From assembly GCF_000400465.1 (NCBI RefSeq), contig NW_008806276.1:20001-268000 (forward strand): a DNA stretch of 248,000 nt, written 5' to 3'. A program made the position numbers and the translations under genes. Under the pieces are notes generated by a model that saw only the letters and a list, made by a program, of their open reading frames with translations, did not search any database and had not been told where the DNA came from. Shown here in pieces: positions 145,672 through 159,704 of the stretch. This stretch comes from Wallemia ichthyophaga EXF-994. Its lineage: Eukaryota > Fungi > Basidiomycota. The stretch's first letter is position 1; each line of letters opens with the position of its first letter.

Positions 145672-147857
145672 ATGGCCCTGACTACGCCGATGACAATGAG
145701 GACTACGACGACAACGAAGATCACGGCGATCATCTCGGCGAGGATTCCGAGGTTGCTCACGATTCGGAGGCTATCCAGGGATCTCCTGCTGCAAACGACA
145801 TTCACGTCATTCCCAGTCCAGATGACATACCAGCTGCACAACCACACTCATCAAGAAGTACAAGTCTGTTAAACCAAGATATTGATAAAACAGCAGCACG
145901 TGCAGCATCCAATCCCCATGCACTAGTTATTGCCTCTCTTCGTGCGCAGATCGATGAGCTTACCAGCCAGCTCAACAGTCTCAACGCGAAGCTAGTCCAT
146001 ACTTTCGACAAATCAGACAATCTCCAGCAAGAGCTTGATGAGGCGCGGACGCTGCACCACCACCATCAACTCCGCATTACCGCGCTCGAGAAGGAGACAG
146101 CGGCTGTGAAGACGAGTCTCGACAACGGCACGCTCGTTGAGCGCGAGAATGTAATGCACGAGCTCACACATATGGTTGACTCTATCGTCACCGAAACCCA
146201 AAAAGCTACGCTAGCGCGACAAGACAAGGCAGCTATCGAGCAGGACCTCGATGATCTCAGCGCTAATCTCTTCGCAGAGGCTAACCGCATGGTTGGCGTC
146301 GAACGACTGCTCAAAGCCCAGGAAGCGGATCGACGCCGTGTAGCTGAAGAGAGGCTCGTTGAGGCTGAGGAAGCTGTCCGAGTCACCCAGCGCCAGATGA
146401 GCGAGTGGGTAGAGAGGGGTGAAAGTAGCAACGGCGCCCTCCAACCACCTGCAGCTTCCGATTCCAATCTCAAACCAACTCTTACTCCCGTTCCTACTCT
146501 CACGCACACCCATATCCCCTACCTGGAATTCATCAGCTACCTGCATACGCTGGCAAGCGCAGCCAGTGTGCGGCAGAGAGCGAGTGAGTCTCAAACTCCT
146601 TCCCAACTCCTCCCGCTCGACCTCTCACACGCCTTCCTGCGCCGACTGCTTGAAGAAGACGTTGAGCCAACGCTGCGCCTCGACCTCTCACGCGCTTTTG
146701 GCCTCCTCACACGCGGTAAGGTGCTCACAGCGGTGACAGAGGGCACGCTCGAACTAGAGCCTGCTCGCGGCGCCGAGTTTGCACCCGGAACCGAGTGTGC
146801 ATTGTCAGGTCGTGTGCTCATACCCGTGCGCGACGGCGAAGGTGGTCACAAAGGGAGCGCGTCCCAGTCCTCTTTCTTCAGCTGGAGTGGGAGCGGCAGG
146901 GGGAGCAGCCGACCTGCCTCAACGGGTGCAGGTGGAAATGCAGATGCAGGTACAGGCGAGAGCGCAATACACGTATTCAGACTCTCCGCTAGCCCCACAG
147001 CTACCCGCTATCCCGTCGATGCAGGCTGGGCGGTACCGCGGCTGCGTGCTGCGTGCGAGTTGTGGCGGTACGTGCGCGCTCTGCAGGCATCTGTCGTTAC
147101 TATGCAACCCCCATTCTGCCCACCAGCGGGATGTCAGACTAGGGAGGCGTTTGATGCATCTATAGGCAGGATGGGATTGAAGAGCGGTCGAAAAGGTGGA
147201 GATGGACTCAGTGGAGATACTAATCCTTCTCCTACTATTCCACCCCCAGCAACAGGTAGATCGTTCTGGGGTGCTTTCCAGTATGCTAGATCTACCCCAT
147301 CGGTGTCGGCTCCATCTTCCGCTTCCCCGTCCCCTCTGCACGCTGACAAGACTGAATTGCCTGATGAGACAAAGAAGGGGGTTAGGGAAACACACGATAT
147401 TGCGGGTCGTGTCGATGACCATATTGACGAGAGCAGTCGCAGCGATCATACACACACACAAGACGACACCCACCATCCTCACCTTGTCTTGTCTAACCCT
147501 CAGCAGCCACCACCGAAACCCAAGCGCGGAAGGAGAAGCAGGGGACGGAAGGGCACGGTGACAGGTGCACCTCCATCGATACCTTCTCAGCGCGACAAGG
147601 AGGACGAGGAGGGGAGTGAAAATAAGAATCAAGAGAATATTGCCAGGCAAAACTCTGACGACAAATCGGATAAAAGTGTTGACTCGAACACCACGCTCAC
147701 CCAGAACACACTAGATTTGCAACTCAGCGATACAGCAGAAAAGGAAATAGAAACAGAAACAGAAACATGGGAGATGGCTAGATGGAGACAGATAGTGGAA
147801 CTAAAGCAAAACATGTTCTGGGCGCGGGTTAATGGTGATCCAAATGCTTCGATGTAG
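145672..147857 (+). CDS. SEC2: Rab GEF Sec2
   Basis: IEQDLDDLSANLFAEANRMV, VEPTLRLD, RLRAACELWRYVR. Confidence 0.8.
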
Positions 147858-147951
147858 AGTAGAGTCGAGTAGAGTCAAAAAGTGTATTTATTTTAATGTC
147901 ACAATGATATAATGCCATAATGCCAACGACAACGACAACGCCACAGTAAAT

Positions 147952-148902
147952 CTACACAAACAACCTGAATGGATAGATGGGCTGCTTCATTTTGAATATA
148001 TAAACGAGCACACTGAATGTGACAATGAGTATTAGTGTCCATAAGTATGCAGCAGCTCTTTGTCTGCCAGTGTTTTGTATTTTGGGAACAGAAATGGTGA
148101 GAATGACGATAGTGCTGGCTAGAAGAGCATAAATAGTGCCAATTATAACAGTCTCTGCTCTATACTGGTTGGTGACTCCATTTGCAAAGTACTGAGCGCC
148201 ATTCTTAGTCATCACCATCTGTGGAGGTTTGCGTATCTGATTCCACATGTAACCAGAAGTCATAGTGAGGATGATGATGAGAGTGAGCATACACCAGGAC
148301 CATTTGGAGAAGATGAAAGGTTTAGTCAAGGTATTCCAGTTCTTCTTTGCGAATACTGCGAGGATTGTAAGGAGGACAAGGGCAATAACCGTGCTTGTGT
148401 GGTCGACAGGGCGTTTGAAAGCGAATTTAGTGGGAGAGTGAGTGTTTAAGAAGGCAACTAAACGTTCAGCGAGGAAACCATTCCTGTTAAAGTCGTACAG
148501 ATGTCCATTGAGCTGATGTGGTGGATGATAGAAGAGAGAAGGCGCGGTATTCAAGCCTAGATCGTTAAAAGTGCGCTGACCGTCCATGAAATCGAGACTT
148601 GCAAATACGATTGAGTTCTTATTGGTTGATCTTCTCCCTTTAGCTTGTTTAGCGAGTAAATGGAATTCCGGCGCGAACTTATGACAAGGAGTGCATTTCA
148701 TACGCTCATCCATCGCCGTTAACACAACTGCCACACCAAAGTCCCTCTCAGGCGTCCTTATAAGCTCGTTGTAGCTCAAATCGTCCAATTTAACAACACC
148801 AGCTTGATTTTGGGCTAAACTATCGTATTTAGATAGTAGAGCTGATTTTGCTAGTGCTATACTGGCAATTATCAAAATTGAAATAATTTCGGGTATTTTC
148901 AT
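147952..148902 (-). CDS. Oligosaccharyltransferase subunit Ost3/Ost6
   Basis: Signal peptide, CxxC (CTPC) thioredoxin-like domain, MTSGYMWNQIR, 4 TM. Confidence 0.88.
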   Translation of the reverse strand: MKIPEIISILIIASIALAKSALLSKYDSLAQNQAGVVKLDDLSYNELIRTPERDFGVAVVLTAMDERMKCTPCHKFAPEFHLLAKQAKGRRSTNKNSIVFASLDFMDGQRTFNDLGLNTAPSLFYHPPHQLNGHLYDFNRNGFLAERLVAFLNTHSPTKFAFKRPVDHTSTVIALVLLTILAVFAKKNWNTLTKPFIFSKWSWCMLTLIIILTMTSGYMWNQIRKPPQMVMTKNGAQYFANGVTNQYRAETVIIGTIYALLASTIVILTISVPKIQNTGRQRAAAYLWTLILIVTFSVLVYIFKMKQPIYPFRLFV

Positions 148903-148942
148903 CGTGATGGTTGCTGGTCAACGTGTTATTTCAGTTACCATC

Positions 148943-149585
148943 ATGTTGGATTACGGAGATGGCGGAGATGGCAGGCGCTATGGTCGCAACAGTAGAGATG
149001 ATCGTCGCAGCGATAAAGATGAACGGCATTGGCGGGCTGAAAGGGATATTAGGGATGGCAGGAGTCGCAGAGATGTTAGAGATGCGGACAGCAGGGGCGG
149101 CAGACGCAGGAGTAGATCTCCACGGCACAGACCGACTCGCGCAGAAACCAGCCACCACAAAGTAGGCGGTTTAGATCTACGCGACGGCTCGGCAGCAGAT
149201 CGTGAGCGTATGTTGAAACAGATCCAGTCCAAGGAAGCTGAAGAAGAGCGCAAGCGGGTTGAAGAAGAGCATAGAGCCATCGAGGAGGGCGAGAGAAAGG
149301 CCAAAGACGCAGAGCAGCGGAAACCAGAGGACCAAGAGGAGGAGGACGACGACGAGGTCGATCAAGATACCCTGGCAATGCAGCAGATGATGGGTTTCGG
149401 TGGTTTCGATTCAACCAAGGTGAGCAACGAGATTCACTGACTGAATAACACTCTCTTACAAATTAAAGGGCAAAAAGGTGTCTGGAAATGAGGAGGGCGC
149501 GGCTAAAGTACACCAGCCGCGTACTTATAGACAATACATGAATCGTGTAGGCGGGTTCAATAGAGCTCTCGATAAACCCAAGTGA
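148943..149585 (+). CDS. U4/U6.U5 snRNP 27-kDa protein
   Basis: R/D-rich N-terminus, [28 protein letters not shown]. Confidence 0.85.
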
Positions 149586-149621
149586 TGGAGATTATACATA
149601 AGATTAATTGCACAGATTACG

Positions 149622-150370
149622 TCACTTTGTCAATATAGTCCTATGGAAATGCTCAAAGAGGTGCTGCTTCAATTTAGGCATGTTGGCGAATATCTTGCCG
149701 TTGTGGTGCGATTTTAGTGGGCTCTTTAACAGCTCTTGTTTGGCTCGGAGGGATTGTCGTAGTTGCTATGGCACCTGTTAGTTAGACTAGGTGCGTGTAC
149801 ACACTCACATCTTTTTTGCCTTCTTCGACAGCTTCAGTGACTTGGCCAAAGTCCACAAAGAAGCCTGTCGTGAATGAGTTGTAGTGTTTCTTGTTCTTCA
149901 ATCTATCTGACACCAAATCATTGCTAAAGACGTGCAAGTGGATGCTGTCCATCGATGGTACAGCGTGGAATCCTCTTCTGATTCCCCAGTGCGTTCCATA
150001 CTCACGCAGTTGTTCCTCTCGTATCGTTTCTTCTACGTCATTGTCGAACGCATCGAGCACTGCGTTGATCACGTCGTCAGGCTGCGAAAGAAGATGGTCA
150101 AGGGATCTGATGTTAAACGGCTGCCTGAGGAGAATGAGAAAGTGGTACTTGGCCTGCGATTGAGGTGAACAAGAGCGCGGATAGTGATTTGCTGAGTCAC
150201 CCACCTTTGGAAATCTGCTCTATTCATAAGCCACGTAAAGAAACCAAATGATTGGACACCCACTTATCATGAATAGTCACAGTCTTGTCGTCATACAAGA
150301 GTACCTCTGATTTGGGCAGAGACTCTGGGTCTTTGAGTGTATACTGCTTAAGCGCAAATGCAAATGACAT
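149622..150370 (-). CDS. HNT3: Aprataxin (HIT family)
   Basis: AKYHFLILLR, GFHAVPSMDSIHLHVFS, KKHYNSF. Confidence 0.87.
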
Positions 150371-150516
150371 AGTTGAATAGACACGAGGTAATCACCAAAT
150401 CACACCACACCACTCTCACCACACAATTCAACTTTGAATGGTGATGGAAAGTGTAAAATTTGAAAGAATCAGCACCAAGCGCCCTTCATGTTATAAAAAG
150501 CTTTAAATAGACACAA

Positions 150517-151220
150517 TTAGTAACCGAACTCAGCGAGCTTAGCGTTTTGTGGAGCATCCTTGAAAGCGTTTGCACGGAGCTTGGTAGCAGCAGCCTTACG
150601 TTCGTGGTAAGCAGCACCCTTAGCCTGTGAGTGGGAATGAGTGGGTAGTTCAAATGATCAAAATAACCAATCAAACTAACCTTACGCTTAGCCTCGAGCT
150701 TGTCGACGACTTCAGCGTGTGCCCAACCGAATTCTGAGGACAAACGCTTGAGGGTACAGTACTTACGGCCTGGCTTGAGACGCAAGACACGAAGAGCTTG
150801 AGGAACAACCATTTTCTTCTTTGATTGGTAAAGTGGTGGGACACCCTCAAACACCTTGATACGTTGCATAGCAGCAGCACCCTTTGCGAGCTTGTGAGGA
150901 ATCATACCACGAACACTCTTCAAGAAGATACGGGAAGGAGCTCTGTGGTGGAATGGACCACCCTTGGAAGGCTTAACCAAGTGACGAAGACGCATGAACT
151001 TCATGTAGTCCAACTTCCTACGGAAGAAGCCACCAGACAGGTTGAGCTCCTCACAACGGACAACGACGACCTTGTTGCCGTTGAGCATGTGCTTAGCGAC
151101 GACACTGGCGAGTCTACCTGAGAAGCCTGGTGAGTCGTTTGGCCGCGGTTATTTAGCTTTCTCACCCATGAGGTGTCCCTTAGCGTCAATAATGACTGGT
151201 GCTGCTGTGTAAGTGGACAT
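150517..151220 (-). CDS. RPL16: 60S ribosomal protein uL13
   Basis: [28 protein letters not shown]. Confidence 0.95.
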
Positions 151221-151659
151221 GGTTAGTGATGGATGCTCCAGGACAAGTTTGTAATTTTGCGAGCGAGTTTCTCAGATTTACGTGAAAAATAAAGATTTAT
151301 TCATATAAATATATGGCAGCGCTTTAAATACTCGGCTCACTCTCTTCTCCTTATACATGTAATTATTATTCCATTTTCATTGATCCTCGTATGCAGATTT
151401 GATTTGAGCTGGTTTGTGAATGGAATTTAGAGTTATGAAGAGATGATTAGTATTGTAGCACTCCTGAGATTACAATGAGTATACTTGTATACTTGTTATA
151501 CACTTTTTAGCCATTTTTGGTTGATGTGATCTTACGAAGAGTGAGCATCTTACACTGAATTTCTACCGCGAGTATATCTGATATACAAGCTCACCACTGA
151601 TTTACTCAATAATCCGCACATTTCCCTTCTTCTCGAACGACCATCATCTTCTTCAATAG

Positions 151660-153550
151660 ATGAGGGCGTTGCTACGGCCTTTAAGAGTGCATAGTGTGCT
151701 GCAAGTGAACAGGAGCTACCATATGACACAGAATCACATTAAATTATTAAAAAGATCATTCACGACGCAACGACCACTCTACGAGCAGCCCAAACGAAGC
151801 GATGAGAATGATCAATGGACACAGCACACACAGCATACGCAGCACACTCAAAACACCCAAAACACCCATGATAACAGGAAATACTCCCCTTTCTTTAGAT
151901 CACTGATGCACAATCTACCACACCCCCACACGCCGACAAAAGAAGAACTCCTCGGCTTGGCTAATGGCTTCTTCGAGAGACTACGCATACGCTGGAAATG
152001 GTGGACAATTAGAGGTTTCAGAAAGTTCAATGCAGACGACGTCAGCGCTTTCATTAGCTGGCTACTCGTCGGACACATATTTTGGATTTTGATTGGTACA
152101 ACGACTTTCTTCTCTGCTATCTTTGCCACTGCAAATAGTCTAAGATTGCAGAATTACATCGCAGGTGCTATTTCTGATTATCTCACTCAAGCTACTGGTG
152201 TGAGTGTACTTTATCCACCCATTACCACACCCCACTAATAATAAATTCAGGTTACTGTCGCTTTTGAGAGTGCTATTTTACCCAAATGGAAAGACAGCCG
152301 GATATCCTTTAAAAATGTTCATGTTTCTAGGCATTCTGGTGGAGAAACTCTACCGCCCGTTCAGCCAGATAGTGCGGCGGTGCGGCGAAAGATTATCTGG
152401 GATGATCACGCACACGTACACGACGAAGATCACGATCTCACATTAAAAATTGCACCACCACCTCCTCAAGAGACTTGGACTATGTTTGATATCAATCTCG
152501 ATTCTGTGGATGTTGAACTATCACTATGGCGGTGGTTGGATGGGAAGGGATTGGTGAAGGACGCCTCAATAAAAGGTATTCGTGGTGTCTTAGATCGAAG
152601 GGGTGTAAAATGGGACTATGACAATCCACTCGATCCAAAGGATTTTAGGCACCCTCATCATCCAGGAGACTTTGAACTTGAATCACTCACTATTGAAGAT
152701 TTACTGATTACAGTGTACCAACCAGAAGATTTCAGACCTTATAATATGAGTATATTTAGAGGAGAGATAGGAACATTCAGGAAACAGTGGTTATTCCACG
152801 ACTTGCTAGCTGCATATGCAATGACTGGTCAGTTTGACAATTCGCTTTTCAGTTTGCATAAACCACAATCGATAACACGCACACACAACGCCGATGTTGA
152901 TAGAGTGACGAGATTTAGAATAGATGGTGTTGCAGTGGATCATCTTCAGGCAGCGGCGGGAATGACAGGACCAACAGCCTGGATAACTCACGGAAAGATG
153001 GACGCTGTAGTTGATATCACCTTCCCATTCCAGCAGGATGAAGATCTATTCGATGCGATAATGGAGAGTATAAATAATCTAAATTCGGCCGTGCAAGATG
153101 GAGATAGTAGAATACCTGGACAAGCACAACTTACTAGACCAGCACTCAAGTCACCCGACCAGACTGAACAGCAGGATGAACCGGCGTTGAGTAAGGAGAG
153201 GGTAGCTGTTGATATAGATTTGAGGTTCAGGGATGTCAAAGCTAGTGTGCCATACTACACAAGTGATTTAACATATACAAACAATGCACTAGTGCGGCCA
153301 ATAGTTGCATTCATAAACTCAAACCGCACACTCATACCAATATTGTCACATGTCGAGTTGCTAATTGATGAGTTTGATGGGAGTTGGACTATGTGGGAGA
153401 GTGAGTTGGAGTATAAACGTTGGAGATTTCTGAATAGAATTGCTAACATAATCAATCATAGCTGGACTGATGAGCGCAGTAAGTGATCGTATATACGACG
153501 CACTCGCGCATCACGTCACATCGACAGAAGCGAATAACCAGCGAGTCAAG
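151660..153550 (+). CDS. MDM31: Mitochondrial inner-membrane protein Mdm31
   Basis: RWKWWTIRGFRKFNADDVSAF, LRKQW-like TFRKQWL, FINSNRTLIP. Confidence 0.88.
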
Positions 153551-153838
153551 TATGTAACGTTGTGGAGTCTACAATTATCGGCGAAAGGAGCAATACAAAC
153601 GCTGAAGAATATCTTAGGACAATCGAAAGCATTGTTGTAGCACTATTCATGTAATCATAGTCTTACGATGAGTTATGGAGCGAGGAGGGGAAAAAGAGGT
153701 TGAAATGAATGTAATATAGAACACTAATAACAGCCATACAAATCCCTCTTTGCGTCGCTCAAAAAATATTTTTTTTCGACAGAAAATATTCTCATTCAAA
153801 CGAAGGGAGGACAGCTTCCAGCTTAACAGCCAGCGACC

Positions 153839-154641
153839 ATGTCTGCAGTGAACCGCCAAGTCAGCAAGTGAGTGAGCTATTCAAACATCAGGGAATCTAA
153901 TTAACGATAAACTCAAAAAGATCCCGTAAGATCGTCCAAGACGGTGTTTTCCAAGCTGAATTGAGTGAATTCTTCACCCGTGAACTCAGTGAGGAAGGAT
154001 TCTCCGGATGTGAAGTACGTGTTACCCACGCTCGTACTGAGATTATCATCCGTGCCACCCACACACAAGAAGTTCTCGGTGAAAAGGGTCGCAGAATCCG
154101 TGAATTGACTGCACTCGTCCAAAAGAGATTCAAATTCCCTGAGAACTCTTTGGAATTATACGCTGAGAAGGTGCAAAACAGAGGTCTCTCAGCTGTCGCT
154201 CAATGTGAATCTTTGAGATACAAGCTCCTTGGTGGTCTCGCTGTTCGTCGTGCCTGTTACGGTGTTGTTAGATTCATCATGGAATCTGGTGCTAAGGGTT
154301 GCGAAGTCGTCGTCTCCGGTAAGCTTAGAGCTGCTAGAGCCAAAGCTATGAAGTTCACGGATGGTTTCATGATCCACTCTGGTCAACCTGTTAGAGACTT
154401 TGTCGATTACGCTGTTAGACACGTTCTCCTCAAGCAAGGTGTTTTGGGTCTCAAGGTTAAGATCATGAGACCACACGACCCAGAAGGCAGAGCTGGTTTC
154501 CCTAAGCCATTGCCTGACTCTGTCGTCATCGTCGAGCCAAAGGAGGAGCAACCAGTACAAGTTGTTTCTGAGAACAAGGCTAAGCCAAACGTTGAGTCAG
154601 CTTCTGCACCTGCTCAACAACAACAAGCTCAACAAGCTTAA
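153839..154641 (+). CDS. RPS3: 40S ribosomal protein uS3
   Basis: [31 protein letters not shown]. Confidence 0.97.
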
Positions 154642-154771
154642 CCTTTGTTCAAAAATACTTGTATTTCATTCACATAAGCTTATTTCATGACGGCGTGAGT
154701 GAAATTGAATTATCTGGTATGCTTTGTGTTTTCAATGTGTTTTCAATGTCTTCTCCTTTGGCTATACCACC

Positions 154772-156316
154772 ATGTCACTCACTGCTTTTGTTAACTTCCC
154801 CTCGGAATACACGCAAGCTGCTGTGATTAGAGGATTCAAGAAATATCTACCGGATGTTCTTCTTATTACAGATAAGCCTACGGAGAAGTTACAGATACAG
154901 TATGCAGATTGTATGTGTGGTAGTCGTCGATCTTCGCCGTAGCACACACTCACATCAAACAATCCAGACGACTTGATTGAATTCGATTGGCTGATGCAAG
155001 ATACAAGTAACTGTATTGGTTCTAGTTATTGTTTCCGCAAAGTCCGTTACCTGCTCAACTATGCATACACCCACTCATCCCCGCAAATCAGGCTCTTACG
155101 CGTAAAAACTTTCTTCATCAAACTATCGAGGCTTACTTGGCTAAGATGGAGCATAGACTGTCTGTAAATGCCGTCGATCGTTCCGAAGAAGCCAATGTGG
155201 ATTTATTGCGCAATGCGATGCCAAAATGCTGGACAATAGATGTCGCTCATTCGGAGGATCTTGATGAGGTGCTAATGGATGAGCTCTACGATCTTCGTGA
155301 AAAGTTGTCCCAAGAGGGCGATCATTGGTTCATTCTCAAGCCTGCAATGTAAGCAATCATTAATTCGCCTATTGTGATATTCAATTCTCACACAACTCTC
155401 AAGGGCTGATCGTGCCAATGGTATCAGGCTCTTCAACAGTGAAGACAGTCTTCGTGAAATTTTTGCAGAATTCGATAGTGATTCAGAAGATGAAGGGGAA
155501 GATGAAGATGACGATAACCACTCAGATGAATACTCTACTGCTGTGTCTACATCGCAGCTCAGACATTTCGTTATACAGGTGATTTTAATCAATCACTCTC
155601 TTCTGCTCACGCTGACTATCGACAAGGAATACTTATCGAACCCACTTCTAATAGATCCAACGGGAAACCAGCAGTCATTCCACAAGTTCCACTTGAGAGC
155701 TTATGTTTTGTGTGTCGTAGGTGATAATTTTGAACAAGTTGTGTCAGGTCGTTTTAACTTGAAAGTACTACAGGGAAGCATAAAAGTGTACATGCCAAAG
155801 TCTATCCTAGCATTATTTGCATCTCAGTCTTACAAAAATCCAGATGAAGATCAAAGCCTATTATCTCACCTCACAAACTCATGCTTACAGGGCTCGAATA
155901 TGGATAGGGATAAATTTGTGAAATCACTGCAAGAGCTAGAGGGGTGTTATACTAATAGTGGTACGCAAATTACGTCTGATCAGATAAACAGGTGGTTGGA
156001 TAGTGCATCCAAGGTAATCGGTCAGGCTGTCAAAGGTGCTGTTGAGTCTGCGTCAGTACACTTCCAGCCTCTGCCTAATGCATTTGAGATATACGGAGTT
156101 GATTTGTTGGTCACAGATAAGGATGAGGTCAAGCTGCTGGAATTCAACGGATGTCCTGATTTCGGACAGACTGGTGATAGGTTGGCATGGATAGTGGATT
156201 ATGTTGTTGATGCGTCGTTCGAGAGTGCTCTACTGGAACTTCTCGGTCGACAATCGGCGCATGATCATCAGGAAACTGTCAAATGTCTAGATTTTGAGTT
156301 TAAGAGAGGCTGGTGA
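154772..156316 (+). CDS. Tubulin-tyrosine ligase-like ATP-grasp protein
   Basis: WFILKPAM, KFHLRAYV, FEIYGVDLL, LLEFNGCPDF. Confidence 0.8.
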
Positions 156317-156582
156317 AAGTTGTAAAGACCAAATACATATCATAAACTATCAAATTGATTCAATTATCGGCGAAGATAGCTCAGACATTACAGAAGACAG
156401 CGAGGAGAAGGAGGACGGTGTAAAAGGAATAGAATATCCCGTATACTTCAAGACTTATTAAATTAATTCAAAAAGCGTCTGTAAAAATTAAAATTTGTAA
156501 AGTAAATTTTGGCCGCTGTTCCCATGGGCTCACTAGTTGTTGCTCACTTAAGTCTAAAGCTTAACACGTAAAAATATTGAAA

Positions 156583-157622
156583 ATGTTGGTAATTTTATTA
156601 AATAATTGGAACTCCCGGTGCTTATTTATCTAATTTAAAGGTCTGGAGGTGTTCGCTCTGTCAACCCATTCGCTCTTCTTTGTACGGATTTTCGTAGTCG
156701 AGGAATACCCATCTAACAAATACATACAGCAGAAGACGGTGACGCTCCACGTGCTTCAGCTCCTGCTCCAGCACCTGCAGCTGCCCCAGCACCAGCACCT
156801 GCTCAACAGCAAAAGCCACGTACTCAACAGAAGCCACGCACTCAAAAGGGTGGTAAGGACTCTGGCAGAGAAGACAATGAGCCATCAGAGCGTGGTATGT
156901 TTGGCATATTACTATAAAGCATAACACTCACAAAGCTTTCAGCCCCTCGTGGTGAGCGTGGTGCTAAGCGTACCCGTCCAGCCAAGACCCCAGGTAACGC
157001 AGGTGGTCAACGTAAAGGCCGCCAATTCGACCGTCAATCACAAACTGGTCGTACTGACTCCCAGAAGCAAAAGTCTTCTTGGGGTGGTGAAGACGGTCAA
157101 AAGGAGCTCGCAACTGAAGAAGCTGGCAAAAAGGATGCCACTACTGAAGGTGCTGAGACTGTTCCAGGCACTCCTGCTGAACCAAAGGAGCCAGAAGACT
157201 CAACCAAGACTTTAGACGAGTACCTCGCTGAGCGTGCTTCAAAGAAGCTTGACATTGGTGCTCCTCAAGTTCGTAAAGCCAACGAAGGCTCAGACACTGT
157301 CACCGGCGTTCAACTTCTCCGTAACTCAAACGAGGAAGAAAACTACTTTGTTGCTCCAAAGACTCAACCAAAGGAGCCAAAGGCAAAGTCACAAAAGTCT
157401 GGCAAGGTTCACATCGAGATTGATGGTCAATTCGCTAAGGCTGAGTCCGAGCGTAGACCAAGAAACACAAACGGTAGAGGTCCTCCTCGCGGTAAAGGCC
157501 GTGGTCCTGCACCTGCTGCTGCTGGCAAGCCTCGTGGTGGTCCAAAGGGTGGTAACCGTCAAAACGCTGCTGGTGCTAACGTCAACCTTAACGACGAGAA
157601 GGCTTTCCCAACTCTTGCTTAA
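156583..157622 (+). CDS. STM1: Stm1/SERBP1-like ribosome- and RNA-binding protein
   Basis: NPFALL start, RQFDRQSQTG, KTLDEYL, NDEKAFPTL end. Confidence 0.8.
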
Positions 157623-157836
157623 GTTGATTTTAAAGTTTTCAAACTGGTCTTAAAGAGGTGTTTTCTCATATTTTGAGATGGTTTCTGTTCTTTATTAGCC
157701 CTAAATTCATTTCCATTCCTTACTCTGATTATTTTTGTGTCGTTTAATCAAGTTGTTTGCGTCGTGAATTATATAAGCTGTCATGTCCTCAAGGCTCCTA
157801 TAATATGATTCGATTCTATATGCTTATTTTACATGT

Positions 157837-158268
157837 CTATTCCTCCACCATTTCATATAGTACATGAATACGTTCACTGCATCCACTACAACCCAATAAC
157901 TCTGATCCACGCTCCAGATCATCTGCCGTAACAATATACTCATTTCCACATCTACACGGCAAGCTGAATGTCTCCTCATCCTCACTAACATCAAACTGAT
158001 CAAGCGATACCTGCGGATAAATCCTATTTACCACTGAATTCTCATCTTTATTTAATTTCTCATCATATTCTATCTTTTGCTGCTCATCTGATAGGCATTC
158101 GTATGCTTTATAAAGCTGTATGACTTGCTCATTCGATCCGCTGCGATCAGGATGTAACGACTTGACTTTGTGCAAATAACTCGATCGTATATCTGCCTGA
158201 GTCGCTTGCTTGCTTACTTCTAAAACCTCATAATAGGTTTGCACCATCGGTGATGCTGAGGAAGACAT
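157837..158268 (-). CDS. DPH4: Diphthamide biosynthesis protein 4 (J domain plus CSL zinc finger)
   Basis: YYEVLEV, LHPDR, PCRCG, GCSGCSERI. Confidence 0.88.
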   Translation of the reverse strand: MSSSASPMVQTYYEVLEVSKQATQADIRSSYLHKVKSLHPDRSGSNEQVIQLYKAYECLSDEQQKIEYDEKLNKDENSVVNRIYPQVSLDQFDVSEDEETFSLPCRCGNEYIVTADDLERGSELLGCSGCSERIHVLYEMVEE

Positions 158269-158292
158269 CAGCGGTCTTCTGCGGAAACAACG

Positions 158293-159704
158293 ATGGCTGC
158301 ATTTCAGCTACACAACAAGCAAAACAATTCAAACATCACTATCACTCCCGATGATAAAGGCCTATCAATATCCTCTCCTGAGGCATCCACTTTCCACGTT
158401 GATTACTGGAAAGTTGTCAATTGCTATATAGACGATGAGAAGGTCATATATCTTTCTGTTTTGTTGTCTGAACACAATAACGAACTAGTCGACTTTTACG
158501 GCATTGCAAACGACCTTGATCAAGGAAATGAAACGCTCATTCAAGACATACGCTCGAAATCCAAACTGAAAAGTGCACGCCGTTTGAAAGCACTCGTTAA
158601 TCCAGTAGGGGGTACAGGCAAAGCTGTCGACTATTATGTTGAGACAGTCGCACCAATTCTGAAGACCTCAGGCTGTATTGTTGACATGCAAGGTAAGTTT
158701 TGGGATTGCACACTCAACCAATACTTATCCAACAAACACAAGTCCTCGAATACAAAAGACATGCCTTCGATATAGCTAAGGCATTAGAGCTAGAATACGA
158801 TGCAGTTGTTTGCGTGAGCGGAGATGGAATACTGCATGAAGTCCTAAACGGTTTCTTACATCATCAAACACCCTCAGAAGCGTTCAAGATGCCGCTTTGT
158901 CCTGTCCCTGGTGGATCTGGAAACGGCATCAGCGTTTGTGTCTTGGGAGCTGAAGATGGTCTTGACTTGAGCATCGCTGCGCTCAATGCTGCAAAAGGCG
159001 ACGCAATCCCGCTCGATCTCTTCTCCATATGGCAGGATGGTAAACGCACACTCTCTTACCTCACACAAGCGGCCGGTTTGATGGCAAGCATAGACATAGG
159101 CACCGAAAATCTGAGATGGATGGGCGATACACGGTTCACTGTGGGGTATCTCCGCTCACTCTTTTGGAATGCACCATGTCCCTGCGAGATCTACATAAAG
159201 GTCAAAGAAGACAACAAGGACGAAATGATCAAACTTTTACACGAGAAAAGGCTGGAAAAGCCTTTCTCACTGCCTGAATACACCCAAATCCCTCCTGTCA
159301 CCTATAAAAATGGACCTCAACAAGACTGGATCAAGATAAGCGATGATGTGTTTTATCTCTACGCTGGTCAGGTACCTTGGGTTAGCAAGGACTTGAAGCA
159401 ATTTCCCGTTTCCATGCCAAACGACGGCTTTATAGATGTTGCCGTTCAGCTAAATGTCTCACGTATGCACAAATTGAAGGCTATGGATGGCGCCGAGCAT
159501 GGTGCTATGTTCTTCGACGATTCATTAAAGTACTACAAAGCAAAGGCATACCACTTTAACCCTCTAGATAACTCAGGCTACCTGGCTGCAGATGGTGAGC
159601 AAATACCTTTGCTGCCATTTACTGTTGAGGTTTTGCCATCGCTTGGACGTCTTATTTCTCCATTTACTTCTTGGAATAACAGCTTTCAAGAGGATAATTT
159701 GTAA
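158293..159704 (+). CDS. Sphingoid long-chain base kinase, paralog 1
   Basis: LVNPVGGTG, SGDGILHEVLNG, PGGSGNG. Confidence 0.9.
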
